From positions 38,212 to 102,211 of the forward strand of contig JAJQAM010000009.1 of assembly GCA_021203805.1 (NCBI GenBank): DNA of 64,000 nucleotides, in the 5' to 3' direction. Of this stretch, positions 1-9,605 are shown piece after piece. The notes below the pieces were generated by a model, which was not told where the DNA came from, searched no databases, and saw only the letters and a list, made by a program, of their open reading frames with translations. The position numbers and the translations under genes were made by a program. The DNA is from Coprobacillus sp. (GTDB taxonomy: Bacteria; Bacillota_I; Bacilli_A; RFN20; CAG-826). How positions within the stretch are numbered: position 1 is the first letter of the stretch; each line of letters opens with the position of its first letter.

Positions 1-695
1 TAAGTGGCACTACAGATGGAAGCTTTGTTATTGATTATATGATGCCTCGTATGGGAGTCTCATTCTCTATCGGGATAATTGCGGTCGTAGTGGAAATGGG
101 ACTGGGATACCCCTTTGGTATACTGATGGCACGTTACCAAAATGGTATTTTTGACCGTATAGGAAGGGCGTATATTATATCCGTTGACGCTATCCCAGGA
201 ATTGCCTATTACTACGTCTGGATGGCGATATTCTGTGGGTGGCTTGGCCTGCCTATGAGATATATTGAAGGCAACTTTGCAAGTTGGCTGCCGGCAATTC
301 TGACACTTGGCTTTACCGGTATGGCGGGTATAGGCTTATGGGTCAGACGTTATATGCTTGACCAGTTTAATTCTGACTACGTGAAGTTTGCGAGATCTAA
401 GGGTCTTAGCGAGCGTCGTATTATGTGGATTCACGTTTTAAGAAACGCAATTGTTCCTCTTATTAGAACGTTCCCTACGGCGATTATTAGCGCTTTACTT
501 GGAACATACTATATTGAAAACATTTATAACATACCTGGAATAGGACAGGCGGTTATGATATCGGTTAACTCGAATAACTCCTCGCTGCTGAGCGGTATCA
601 TTATCGTATCGGCACTCCTGTCTATCATCTCCTATATTTTAGGCGATGTCTGCACCGCTCTGGCGGATCCTCGTATTAGCTTTACTAAGGACTAA
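1..695 (+). CDS. oppB: Oligopeptide ABC transporter permease, OppB/DppB family; 5' end truncated by the window edge
   Basis: The frame is open from position 3 with no upstream stop. The translation is a polytopic permease with the BPD-transporter signature region (…SKGLSERRIMWIHVLRNAIVPLI…). It sits first in a B-C-D-F operon arrangement. Confidence 0.8.
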   Translation, partial: SGTTDGSFVIDYMMPRMGVSFSIGIIAVVVEMGLGYPFGILMARYQNGIFDRIGRAYIISVDAIPGIAYYYVWMAIFCGWLGLPMRYIEGNFASWLPAILTLGFTGMAGIGLWVRRYMLDQFNSDYVKFARSKGLSERRIMWIHVLRNAIVPLIRTFPTAIISALLGTYYIENIYNIPGIGQAVMISVNSNNSSLLSGIIIVSALLSIISYILGDVCTALADPRISFTKD

Positions 696-709
696 GGAGG
701 TGAGTAGTT

Positions 710-2026
710 ATGCTTGATGATGAAAATGAAAATAAAGACGAACTATTCTCTTCCGAGGTAATAAGTGAAGAGACTAATGCCCCCACGAGTGAAAACAAAG
801 CGGACGCTAAACCAGTCTCTAAAAACGTAAAGGACACCGAGCTAGTTATCGGTGAGCCAAAAGGCAGAGAATACCGTAAATATAAGAGAACCCATAAGGA
901 TAAAAAGAAAAAGAAAACCACGGAAGTTATCCTAAACGGCTCTACCTTTACTGAAGAAGATTTATTCTCCACTTTTGAGTCTGACCCAAGAAAGGTTAAC
1001 TCCGTGAGTGCGGAAGGAACAATTAACGCTAACCTTGATGACTTATTTAAGGTGGTCGGCACTAACGATGAGAACCTTGAAAAGCTTGATTCCGCTCCTT
1101 ACTCCTACTGGAGAATGGTGTTTGCGGAACTCTTTAGAAAGCCCGCCGCTATTGTCTGCCTTATCCTTCTTTTGATTGTTATCTTCTTTGCTATCTTTGG
1201 TCCAATGATTCACTTCTATAATCCTCTTAATTATGTCGGTGGTCTTTGGGACCACGGCGAAAGGTTCCTTGATGAACTGACCGCTAACGGAGGATATCTA
1301 GGCCCTACTAAAGACTACTGGTTTGGACTATGCGGTAATAACATGGGCTGGTTTGAAGGACACGATATGTGGAGCTGTGTCTGGATTGGAACTAGGCTAT
1401 CCCTTCTTGTAGGTGTGACGTGCGCTCTTATTGAGATTGTCCTTGGCATTTTAATTGGAGCGGCTTGGGGCTACTTTAAGTGGCTTGATCCAATTATGAT
1501 TGAGATTCGTAACTTCATCTATAATATTCCAGAGCTTCTTCTCGATATCTTACTCATGCAGTTCTTTGCTCCGTATATGGATAAATATGCTTTCTGGATA
1601 GTGGTCCTTGTCTTATCGCTATTCTCTTGGCTCTCTCTGGCCTCCTTTGTTAGAAACCAAATCATCATTATTCGTGATAGAGAATATAACATTGCCTCTC
1701 AGACGCTAGGCACAAAGAACTGGAAGATGATTACTCATAACCTTCTTCCATATCTCATTAGCGTTATTGTGACAACGGTGAGCACCGCTATCCCAGCGGC
1801 TATCTCCGCTGAGGTGGGTCTCTCTTACTTCAATCTTTCCTTTAAAGTGACTCAGGGTGATATCACTTTAGGACAAGTTTTAACAAGTGCGGCCTCTGGC
1901 ACCGCCTTCATGTCTCACCCATACTTACTGATTGGGCCATTAGTTGTGATTGTCTTACTGACAGTGTCGTTCTTCGTCTTTGGACTGGCGCTGTCAGATG
2001 CTTGTGATCCAAAGACCCATAGATAA
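710..2026 (+). CDS. oppC: Oligopeptide ABC transporter permease, OppC/DppC family, with a ~130-aa charged low-complexity N-terminal extension
   Basis: There is a GGAGG RBS 8 nt upstream. The C-terminal ~300 aa is a typical OppC permease core with multiple TM helices. The N-terminus is Lys/Glu-rich low complexity. Confidence 0.8.
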   Translation: MLDDENENKDELFSSEVISEETNAPTSENKADAKPVSKNVKDTELVIGEPKGREYRKYKRTHKDKKKKKTTEVILNGSTFTEEDLFSTFESDPRKVNSVSAEGTINANLDDLFKVVGTNDENLEKLDSAPYSYWRMVFAELFRKPAAIVCLILLLIVIFFAIFGPMIHFYNPLNYVGGLWDHGERFLDELTANGGYLGPTKDYWFGLCGNNMGWFEGHDMWSCVWIGTRLSLLVGVTCALIEIVLGILIGAAWGYFKWLDPIMIEIRNFIYNIPELLLDILLMQFFAPYMDKYAFWIVVLVLSLFSWLSLASFVRNQIIIIRDREYNIASQTLGTKNWKMITHNLLPYLISVIVTTVSTAIPAAISAEVGLSYFNLSFKVTQGDITLGQVLTSAASGTAFMSHPYLLIGPLVVIVLLTVSFFVFGLALSDACDPKTHR

Positions 2027-2047
2027 ACTAAATAGAAAGGAGTTAAT

Positions 2048-3217
2048 ATGGCGAAAAGAAATCCCTCTGTCTTATCCAATGAAATCGATTGGGAAAAGGG
2101 CGCGATGAAAGAGTTTACCCCTGACCCTAATAGAGAAGTTGTTTTGAGTGTGCGTAATCTCTCAGTGGGATTTAGTGTGCGTGGCAAAAAGACCCACGTT
2201 ATTCGTGATATTAACCTTGATGTTTATAAGGGTCAAACCCTTGCCATTGTGGGTGAATCAGGATCCGGTAAATCCGTTCTTACGAAAACCTTTACCGGAA
2301 TGCTTGAAGCTAACTCCATCATCTATGGCGGCTCTATCATGTATCACGGCTATGACCTTGCTAAACTCATTACTAATGAGCAGTGGTGTAATATCCGCGG
2401 TAAGAGAATCGCCACTATCTTCCAAGACCCAATGACTTCTTTAAACCCCCTTCTCTCTATTGGATATCAGATTAGCGAAGTCTTAATCCTCCATCGAGGA
2501 ATGGAAAAAGAAGAAGCCAGAGCGGAAGCGATATCTCTTCTCGGGAGAGTGAGAATCCCTCACCCTGAAGAGAGATATGATGACTACCCATTCCAGTTCT
2601 CTGGAGGTATGAGACAGCGTGCGGTTATCGCAATAGCGCTTGCCTGTAACCCAGAGATATTAATCTGCGATGAACCAACCACAGCGCTTGACGTTACGGT
2701 TCAGTCTCAGATTATTCAGCTTATTAAAGATTTACAAAAAGAATATGGTTGGACCACCATCTTTATTACCCATGACCTTGGCGTGGTGGCGAATATCGCT
2801 GATGACCTTGCGGTCATGTATGGCGGTCAAATTATAGAATACGGAACGATAGAAGATGTCTTCTATCATCCAGCGCATCCTTATACTTGGGCGCTTCTCT
2901 GCTCCCTCCCTCAGCTAGGGACTAAGGATGAACCCCTTACCTATATTAAGGGCAATCCTCCTTCTTTTAGTGGTGAGATTATTGGAGACGCATTCGCCCC
3001 AAGAAGTGAATACGCGATGAATATCGATTTTGTCCGTGAGCCTCCTATCTTTAAGATAAGTGACACTCACTGGGCAAAAACATGGCTACTTAGCCCATAC
3101 GCTCCTAAAGTAGAGCCCCCTCTTATTATTCAGGAGCTTCATGAGCGTATGAAGATGGCCGCTGATGAACTAGCACACCAAGAAGGAGATAACTATGCCA
3201 AATCGCCGTCTAAATAA
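2048..3217 (+). CDS. oppD: Oligopeptide ABC transporter ATP-binding protein OppD
   Basis: Walker A GESGSGKS, ABC signature FSGGMRQR, Walker B ILICDEP, and the C-terminal oligopeptide-transporter domain are all present. It is preceded by an AGGAG RBS. Confidence 0.85.
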   Translation: MAKRNPSVLSNEIDWEKGAMKEFTPDPNREVVLSVRNLSVGFSVRGKKTHVIRDINLDVYKGQTLAIVGESGSGKSVLTKTFTGMLEANSIIYGGSIMYHGYDLAKLITNEQWCNIRGKRIATIFQDPMTSLNPLLSIGYQISEVLILHRGMEKEEARAEAISLLGRVRIPHPEERYDDYPFQFSGGMRQRAVIAIALACNPEILICDEPTTALDVTVQSQIIQLIKDLQKEYGWTTIFITHDLGVVANIADDLAVMYGGQIIEYGTIEDVFYHPAHPYTWALLCSLPQLGTKDEPLTYIKGNPPSFSGEIIGDAFAPRSEYAMNIDFVREPPIFKISDTHWAKTWLLSPYAPKVEPPLIIQELHERMKMAADELAHQEGDNYAKSPSK

Positions 3218-4313
3218 GCATATCGCGGAGTATAACGAAAAAGAAGGCTTTATCCCTACCGATGAGTCCACTTTAAAAGTACCCGCTGAAGGCGAGGATA
3301 TCTTTGAGGCTAATAAAGTTGATGATGAGCCCATCATCAAAATGAGAAATGTTAAGATCTCCTTTAAGATGGGCACTACAGAAAGAATTGTCGTGGAGCA
3401 TCTTAATCTCAATATTAATAGAGGAGAGATTCTTGGCCTTGTGGGTGAGTCGGGCTCTGGTAAGACCACAATTGGTAGAGCCATTAATAGAATTAATGAA
3501 GTTAGCGGCGGTGAAATTACCTATAATAATGTTCCTATCAGTGGGGGCATTCCTAAATCAAGAGAAAAACTTCTTAAGACTAAAGTCCAAATGGTCTTCC
3601 AAGATCCAGGAGACTCCTTAAATGAGAGAGCGAATATTGACTATATCGTCTCTGAAGGACTTAGAGCTAATCACCTCTACACTGATGAAGAAGATAGACT
3701 CCGTAAAGTGGAAGATATCATGAATAAAGTGGGACTACGTAGTGAGTTCCTCACAAGATATCCTCATGAGTTTAGCGGCGGACAGCGTCAAAGAATTGGT
3801 ATTGCTCGATGCATGGTCATGAACCCAGAGTTTGTTATTGCTGATGAGCCGATATCCGCGCTTGACGTTTCAATTCGTGCTCAGATCCTTAACTTAATTA
3901 AAACCTTCCAGCAAGAAAATAATATGACTGTCTTGTTTATTGCCCATGACCTTTCAGTGGTCCGTTATATATCTGATAGAATCGCGGTTATTTACGCCGG
4001 TAAGATTGTGGAGCTAACAAAGGCGGACCGTCTCTTTGAAGCTCCGCTTCATCCTTATACTAAGTCTCTTCTCACTGCGGTGCCTATTCCTGATCCACAG
4101 GTGGAAAAGAAGAAACAAATTGTTACATATAACCCGCTTGAATCTCACTCTTATTCAAGAGAGGATGTTCCTTATCTTCGTGAGATTGAGCCAGGTCACT
4201 TTGTAAGATGTGATGAAAAAGAATTTGTCCTTTATAAGAAAGAGCTAGATAGATTAAATAGAGAAAACGCTTTAAAAGCAGCGCAAAAACAAAAAGAAGG
4301 AGGTAACGTGTAA
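3195..4313 (+). CDS. oppF: Oligopeptide ABC transporter ATP-binding protein OppF
   Basis: Walker A GESGSGKTT, signature FSGGQRQR and Walker B FVIADEP are present. It overlaps the oppD 3' end, consistent with operon coupling. Confidence 0.85.
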   Translation: MPNRRLNKHIAEYNEKEGFIPTDESTLKVPAEGEDIFEANKVDDEPIIKMRNVKISFKMGTTERIVVEHLNLNINRGEILGLVGESGSGKTTIGRAINRINEVSGGEITYNNVPISGGIPKSREKLLKTKVQMVFQDPGDSLNERANIDYIVSEGLRANHLYTDEEDRLRKVEDIMNKVGLRSEFLTRYPHEFSGGQRQRIGIARCMVMNPEFVIADEPISALDVSIRAQILNLIKTFQQENNMTVLFIAHDLSVVRYISDRIAVIYAGKIVELTKADRLFEAPLHPYTKSLLTAVPIPDPQVEKKKQIVTYNPLESHSYSREDVPYLREIEPGHFVRCDEKEFVLYKKELDRLNRENALKAAQKQKEGGNV

Positions 4314-6523
4314 TGCCAAGAAACGTACAAGATTTATGTACTGATCACTTTGTTGAAGACGACATTGTCGCCGAGCAAGACACTACGAAAATGTCTCCTA
4401 GAAAGAAAAAATACATCATAGGACTATCCTGTGTTGGTGCTTTCCTTGTTGTTTTAGGTGTTCTCTATTACTTCTTAGCGTCTGACTGGCTTCTTGACTA
4501 TTCCACGATTAGCTATTTCACTTTCTCCTATAACCTTGGAGAGGATACCGCAACCCTTGTAAGACTTAATGTTAATGAAGATTATCCTGAAAAGCTTTGG
4601 GTTCCCCGAAAAGTTAAGGGCATGAGAGTAACCGCTATTGCGGACGAAGCTTTTGCAGGCGCTGATGAACTTAAAGAAGTGAAAATGAGCGATAACATTG
4701 AGACTATTGGAACAAGAGCTTTCTATAACTGTCCAAACCTTGAAAGTATTACCTTCTCTAATAATCTTACTTCAGTTGGTGCTTATGCCTTTGACGGCAC
4801 TAAATTCCTAGAGGATTTACCTAATGAAGGTATCTCTCAGGTTAATAATATTCTTATTAAAGTGGGACTTGATTACTTTGAAGATAATTCCATTTTAGTT
4901 AATGATGAGAACTCTTCTATTCCTGATGAATTTAAAGACTGCAAGACCTACTATTTTAGAGATATTCACGCTGAGGGAATGGAAGTTCCTGAAATATGGA
5001 TGAACGGCGTCTTTAATAGTAATGAAAAGCTCCTATATGTTGAAATGCCAGACTATCTTGATAGCGTTCCAGCATACGGCTTTGCGGACTGCACTAATCT
5101 AAAAGAAATTGATTTCCCTTCCAATATTGAAGTGATTGAAGAGTATGCCTTTAGCGGCTGTACGAGCCTAGAAAACGCTGATATCCCCACTCATGTGAAT
5201 GAGATTGGGGCTTACGCTTTTAAAGATACACCCACTAAAATACCTACAGATTTATCCTTCCTTAGCTCGATTGGTGAGGGCGCATTCCAAAACTGCAGCG
5301 GTGTGACTAGTATTCTTTATCCCGCAGCAGAAGACGGAATCGGAAGAATTGAAAACTATGTTTTTGACGGCTGCACTAATCTCACTAATTTTGAATTTGT
5401 TGATGAAGATGTTATTGGCTATATTGGCACAGCGGCCTTTAGAGGAACTGCTATTACCGATTTTACTGTTCCTAAAGGCGTCATTCAAATAAGAGACTAT
5501 GTTTTCTCTGATTGTCCTAATCTCACGGAGATTAGTCTCTATAATAACACCACTGGAACATCTCATATTACCGATTATCACACTGTTACTTATGTTGATG
5601 AAGAATATGATACTGAGTATGAAGAAATTGAGCCTGTCTACACTGATGATGGAGTGGTCTCTATATGCGCCTACTCGTTCTATGATTCTCCTAACTTCTC
5701 CACGATACACCTCTATGATAAAGATGGAGTGGTCACTGGAGATGACGGCGAGCTTCATTTCCCTGTTACTCTTACCTCCCTTAATAACGCGAATGGTTCA
5801 GTAAGAGGGCATGCCTTTGAAAATACCGCGGTTAAATCCGCGACTATTCCGTACGGAGTAGGAACGCTTGGACAGTATAACTTTGCAAATGCGACGTCCT
5901 TAGAGTCAGTTACATTTGAGACAAGCGCAAGCGGCGCTGACTACACTAATACTATTGGTGAAGGATGTTTCTCTGGAGACACAAGTCTAACCACTATTGA
6001 CCATGTTCCTACCACTCTTGACACCCTTGGAGCGAGTAGTTTTGACGGCTGCTCTAGCCTTACCTCGTTTGACCTAAGTAATACGAAAGTTAACATTATC
6101 TACGCAAATACATTTAGAGGATGCTCTAGCCTTACTGAGGCTGGTATATCAGGTTCCACCACGCTTATTTATGGCGGTGCTTATGATGGAGTAGTGTCCC
6201 TAGAAAGCATTATTATTCCTTCGACAGTTAATAGAATTTATAGCGGTGCTTTTGCTAATGAAACTGATGAAAATCACACCGATAAGCTTAAGATCTACGA
6301 AGAAAGAACTGAGTCCAGTCTGAACGGACAGATTAATTCTTCGTCTATTGACACTGATTTCTTTGATGATACATGTGAGCTATATGTCTATGCAGAATAT
6401 GATGAAGACGGCACTCTCATTGAATATGAAGATCATCTCACTGATATCAGTGGGTACTGGGAATATGATGAAGAAACTGGCAATCCTAAGATTGTTTCGC
6501 CTACTGTAGAACCAGGGGAATAA
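4313..6523 (+). CDS. Membrane-anchored surface protein with BspA-type leucine-rich repeats (LRR_5-like), 736 aa
   Basis: Its ATG overlaps the oppF stop (TAATG). The N-terminus has a positively charged stretch followed by one hydrophobic helix. The rest contains many repeats of the form …AF.gC.sL.sI.iP..v..IG..AF…, typical of BspA/TpLRR-family surface proteins. Confidence 0.6.
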   Translation: MPRNVQDLCTDHFVEDDIVAEQDTTKMSPRKKKYIIGLSCVGAFLVVLGVLYYFLASDWLLDYSTISYFTFSYNLGEDTATLVRLNVNEDYPEKLWVPRKVKGMRVTAIADEAFAGADELKEVKMSDNIETIGTRAFYNCPNLESITFSNNLTSVGAYAFDGTKFLEDLPNEGISQVNNILIKVGLDYFEDNSILVNDENSSIPDEFKDCKTYYFRDIHAEGMEVPEIWMNGVFNSNEKLLYVEMPDYLDSVPAYGFADCTNLKEIDFPSNIEVIEEYAFSGCTSLENADIPTHVNEIGAYAFKDTPTKIPTDLSFLSSIGEGAFQNCSGVTSILYPAAEDGIGRIENYVFDGCTNLTNFEFVDEDVIGYIGTAAFRGTAITDFTVPKGVIQIRDYVFSDCPNLTEISLYNNTTGTSHITDYHTVTYVDEEYDTEYEEIEPVYTDDGVVSICAYSFYDSPNFSTIHLYDKDGVVTGDDGELHFPVTLTSLNNANGSVRGHAFENTAVKSATIPYGVGTLGQYNFANATSLESVTFETSASGADYTNTIGEGCFSGDTSLTTIDHVPTTLDTLGASSFDGCSSLTSFDLSNTKVNIIYANTFRGCSSLTEAGISGSTTLIYGGAYDGVVSLESIIIPSTVNRIYSGAFANETDENHTDKLKIYEERTESSLNGQINSSSIDTDFFDDTCELYVYAEYDEDGTLIEYEDHLTDISGYWEYDEETGNPKIVSPTVEPGE

Positions 6524-6525
6524 AT

Positions 6526-7692
6526 TTAATTACTAGTTTTATTATTTAATACATCTTTAAGAAAACCTACAAGGCCTTCGCTATTCGGCTTTAAAGCAAA
6601 TAAATTATGCGCTTTCTCCTTTCCAACCGAGGCGAAGGTTTTTATATCCGCCTTAGTTAAAGAGAGGGCTTTATCAAGCTGCGCTGCTATTTCTTTGACT
6701 TCATTACTCTTAAGCCAGATAACTTCGTTTTTAAAGTATTTCTGAAGTTTATTATTTTTCGTGGATATCGTAAGATTACCCGCATTTATATAGTCGAGAA
6801 CTTTAAAGGGAACGGAGTAGCGTTCATAGTCCTCAGTAAATGGTCTAACGTTAATATTTATTAAAGCGTTATAGATGTAATTTTCGGTTTCTCTTTGAGT
6901 GAGACAGCCAAGGTATTTAATCCCCTCGACGTCACTGATCTTATCTAAAAACTCTTTGTTTTCTCCATATCCTGAGATATAGAGTTTGGCTTTCTTTTTA
7001 TCAAGGCTCTTATACGCATCAATAAGATTATCCACTCCATGTTTAGGATCAAGAGTGCCATTATAATAGATGTATTTCTCATCTATTTTCGTAATCACGG
7101 GGTCCTTATCTTCCACTAAACCGGGAAGGATATATGAAGGTTTACCATTTTTATTAAAGAGGGAATTAAGATCTTCTGTGCAGCAGATATAACCATCAAA
7201 ATCACTGCATTCCTCAAGTAGATTTACTGTAAATGACTTAGTAGTGTTATTTATTCCACTAGGAGTAGTTCTTGCTATTCCCACTATTTTAAGATGACTT
7301 TTTTTAGCGGCTCTTTTTGCGTTTCTAACTACGCTAGGATTAATTGTATCGGTAACAATTATACTCTCTTTATCCTTTTTAATTTTCCTTACAACTTTAT
7401 ATGATTCATATCGGTAGCATAAAGATCTTTTAAGAGTATTTCTCATGACCGGTAAGTAGCAGTAGTGGACATTTCTAATTATCTTATAATCGCCCTTTAA
7501 TCGCTTCTCAGAGACATGCTGACGAGAGAAAGGTCTAAATGACACGACAGTCACTTTGTTCTTAGTAGCGAGGCATCTAATGAGCTTATCATGAAAAACT
7601 TGGCCTTTAGAGTTTATTCCAATATTCCATTCTTTTAGATAAGCATCATAGTCATCTTTATCAATTGCCGTGGTGAAGTAAATAATGTGCAT
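6526..7692 (-). CDS. Glycosyltransferase, GT4 (group 1) family
   Basis: The 388-aa protein has a GT-B fold signature in its C-terminal half (…YISGYGENKEFL…; E-x7-E-like region). It is convergent with the LRR gene, with only a 2-bp gap between them. Confidence 0.6.
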   Translation of the reverse strand: MHIIYFTTAIDKDDYDAYLKEWNIGINSKGQVFHDKLIRCLATKNKVTVVSFRPFSRQHVSEKRLKGDYKIIRNVHYCYLPVMRNTLKRSLCYRYESYKVVRKIKKDKESIIVTDTINPSVVRNAKRAAKKSHLKIVGIARTTPSGINNTTKSFTVNLLEECSDFDGYICCTEDLNSLFNKNGKPSYILPGLVEDKDPVITKIDEKYIYYNGTLDPKHGVDNLIDAYKSLDKKKAKLYISGYGENKEFLDKISDVEGIKYLGCLTQRETENYIYNALININVRPFTEDYERYSVPFKVLDYINAGNLTISTKNNKLQKYFKNEVIWLKSNEVKEIAAQLDKALSLTKADIKTFASVGKEKAHNLFALKPNSEGLVGFLKDVLNNKTSN

Positions 7693-7764
7693 ATAGATAT
7701 AATACTCGAATTTATCATTAATTTCTAATTCTCTAATAAATATTTATTAGAAAAATGATAAAAT

Positions 7765-8463
7765 ATGATTATGAATTATGAGAGGATTAACTCCTGGAAC
7801 GACTTTTTCTCTTCCATTAAAGAAGAGGATTTTTCTAAATCACTTCATCTATTCTTAGATGAAGAATATAAGAAAAATAAGTGTATGCCCCCTAGAAAGG
7901 ATATCTTTAAGGCCTTTCAGCTCACCCCACTTGATAAGGTAAAAGTGGTTATTATTGGTCAAGACCCCTATATTGGGGATAACCAGGCAATGGGCCTAGC
8001 TTTTTCTGTGCCTAATGGAGAGGAGCTTCCTCCTTCCCTTATTAATATCTATAAAGAGATAGAAAAAGAGTTTTCTCTTCCTATGGACTATACAAGCGGG
8101 AACCTTGAGTATCTCGCTAGGCAGGGTGTTCTCCTTTTAAACACCATCCTATCAGTAAGAAAAGGGGAGAGCATGTCTCATAACACGAGTGAGTATCAAG
8201 AGTTCACTAAAAGAGTCATGGAGCTTTTAGACAGTAGAGACACTCCAATGGTATTTATGCTGTGGGGCGGGTACGCTAAAAAGTTTGCCGCCTATGTCAC
8301 TAATCCTAAGCATAAGGTTTTAACCGCTCATCACCCCTCACCATTAAGCGCTAATAAAGGGGGATGGTTTGGTTGCAATAACTTTATTCAGTGTAATTCA
8401 TTTCTAGTGGATAATCATCTCACTCCAATAAGTTGGAGTAATATTTCTTTCACAAAAAAGTAA
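7765..8463 (+). CDS. ung: Uracil-DNA glycosylase, family 1
   Basis: The catalytic water-activating motif GQDPY, the HPSPLS motif and the Leu-intercalation loop region are present. Length is 232 aa. Confidence 0.9.
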   Translation: MIMNYERINSWNDFFSSIKEEDFSKSLHLFLDEEYKKNKCMPPRKDIFKAFQLTPLDKVKVVIIGQDPYIGDNQAMGLAFSVPNGEELPPSLINIYKEIEKEFSLPMDYTSGNLEYLARQGVLLLNTILSVRKGESMSHNTSEYQEFTKRVMELLDSRDTPMVFMLWGGYAKKFAAYVTNPKHKVLTAHHPSPLSANKGGWFGCNNFIQCNSFLVDNHLTPISWSNISFTKK

Positions 8464-8479
8464 ATGCTTTTATAATAAT

Positions 8480-8600
8480 CTTTGGGAGCTAGGTGAACCT
8501 GGCTGAGAGGATCCTTCTTAGGGTCGACCGTACCTGATCTAGGTAATGCTAGCGGAGGGAAACGTTTCATTTTACCCTCCTCCGCTTATGGAGGATTTTT
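8480..8600 (+). promoter_or_regulatory. TPP (thiamine pyrophosphate) riboswitch, THI element, with a terminator/RBS-sequestering expression platform
   Basis: The sequence contains the conserved CUGAGA box (…ggctgagagg…) and the pyrimidine-sensing block ACCUGAUCUaGgUAAUGCuAGCGgAGGGA. This is followed by a tcctcc-gcttat-ggagga hairpin plus T-run, which overlaps the GGAGGA RBS of the downstream gene. Confidence 0.8.
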
Positions 8601-8602
8601 AA

Positions 8603-9589
8603 ATGGAAAAAACAAAAAAGGCAATTATTAGTTTAGGATTAATTGTCCTTTTTATGGGTTTATTTTTTGGGCCTTTTATTTCGATAAATAATGTTCAATA
8701 TAGAGCAATTGAAGTCGTTTTTGCGGATTTTTCAAATGTTTTTACTTACATTTTGCTCCTTGTTTTTGTTTTATTATTGACCGCAATAATCCTTCAGTTT
8801 TTCGATAAAAATAAGTACGTCTGTTATACGCTTTTTATCATCTTTTTAGCCCTTGCGGTTCTCCTCTTTTTTACGCCTTATTTTTCTAGCCAGGTCTTAG
8901 GGGTTAGTAATAAAGATGTGTCTATGGGAGCCTACTCATTTGTGGTGGCTCTTATCTGTATTGTCCTTACTTGCTACTACTCCCAGTTCATTTTTATTAA
9001 TAACCAATTTACTATTTCTGATATCGTTGAAATCGCTATGCTAGTGGCCCTCTCTATTATTCTTGATCTTCCTGTCTTTAAGATTAAGATAAGCGCTAAC
9101 GGGGGGTCTATATCTCTAGCGATGCTTCCTATATTTATTATTGCCCTTCGTAAAGGATTTATTAGAGGCTTTATCTCTGGAGGGATTATATACGGTCTTC
9201 TTGACTGCATGATTGATGGATACGGGATAGTGACCTATCCCCTTGATTACCTATTAGGCTTTGGGCTTCTTGCTATTATTGGTCTATTTAGAAAGTGGAT
9301 CTTTAATAAAGACAAGAAGGTCACCGCTTTAGGAATTATATTCCTAATAGTGGGAATACTAGTAGGCTGCGCCTGTAGGACTATGGCCTCTACTTTATCA
9401 GGAATATTCCTCTATGGTCTTAATTTCATCGATTCTCTTATTTATCAGCTTATCTATATTGGTCCAAGCGCTGGTATAGTCCTTGTTGCAATGCTTGTTT
9501 TATATAAACCCCTTCTGAATATAAACGCTCGCTACCCAAGCGGCGGGTCAAGTAGGACTAAATCTATTACCCCTAGCGATAACTCTTAA
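8603..9589 (+). CDS. thiT: Thiamine transporter ThiT (ECF-type S component) fused to a ~135-aa N-terminal polytopic membrane extension
   Basis: The C-terminal ~190 aa aligns by eye to ThiT. IVEIAMLVALSIILDLPV matches LTEIAFMAALAFIISLIP, LPIFIIALRKGFIRGFISGGIIYGLL matches [25 protein letters not shown], and LDYLLGFGLLAIIGLFRKW matches LEYLVAPVSLGIAGLFRQK. The gene sits directly downstream of the TPP riboswitch. Confidence 0.7.
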   Translation: MEKTKKAIISLGLIVLFMGLFFGPFISINNVQYRAIEVVFADFSNVFTYILLLVFVLLLTAIILQFFDKNKYVCYTLFIIFLALAVLLFFTPYFSSQVLGVSNKDVSMGAYSFVVALICIVLTCYYSQFIFINNQFTISDIVEIAMLVALSIILDLPVFKIKISANGGSISLAMLPIFIIALRKGFIRGFISGGIIYGLLDCMIDGYGIVTYPLDYLLGFGLLAIIGLFRKWIFNKDKKVTALGIIFLIVGILVGCACRTMASTLSGIFLYGLNFIDSLIYQLIYIGPSAGIVLVAMLVLYKPLLNINARYPSGGSSRTKSITPSDNS

Positions 9590-9605
9590 ATATAGGTTTT
9601 CGCCT

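Noticed and set aside
685-1062. Antisense 125-aa ORF overlapping oppB/oppC
   Set aside because: It is low-complexity Ser/Leu-rich, has no RBS, and is antisense to a strongly supported operon. It is a spurious mirror ORF of the Lys/Glu-rich oppC N-terminus.
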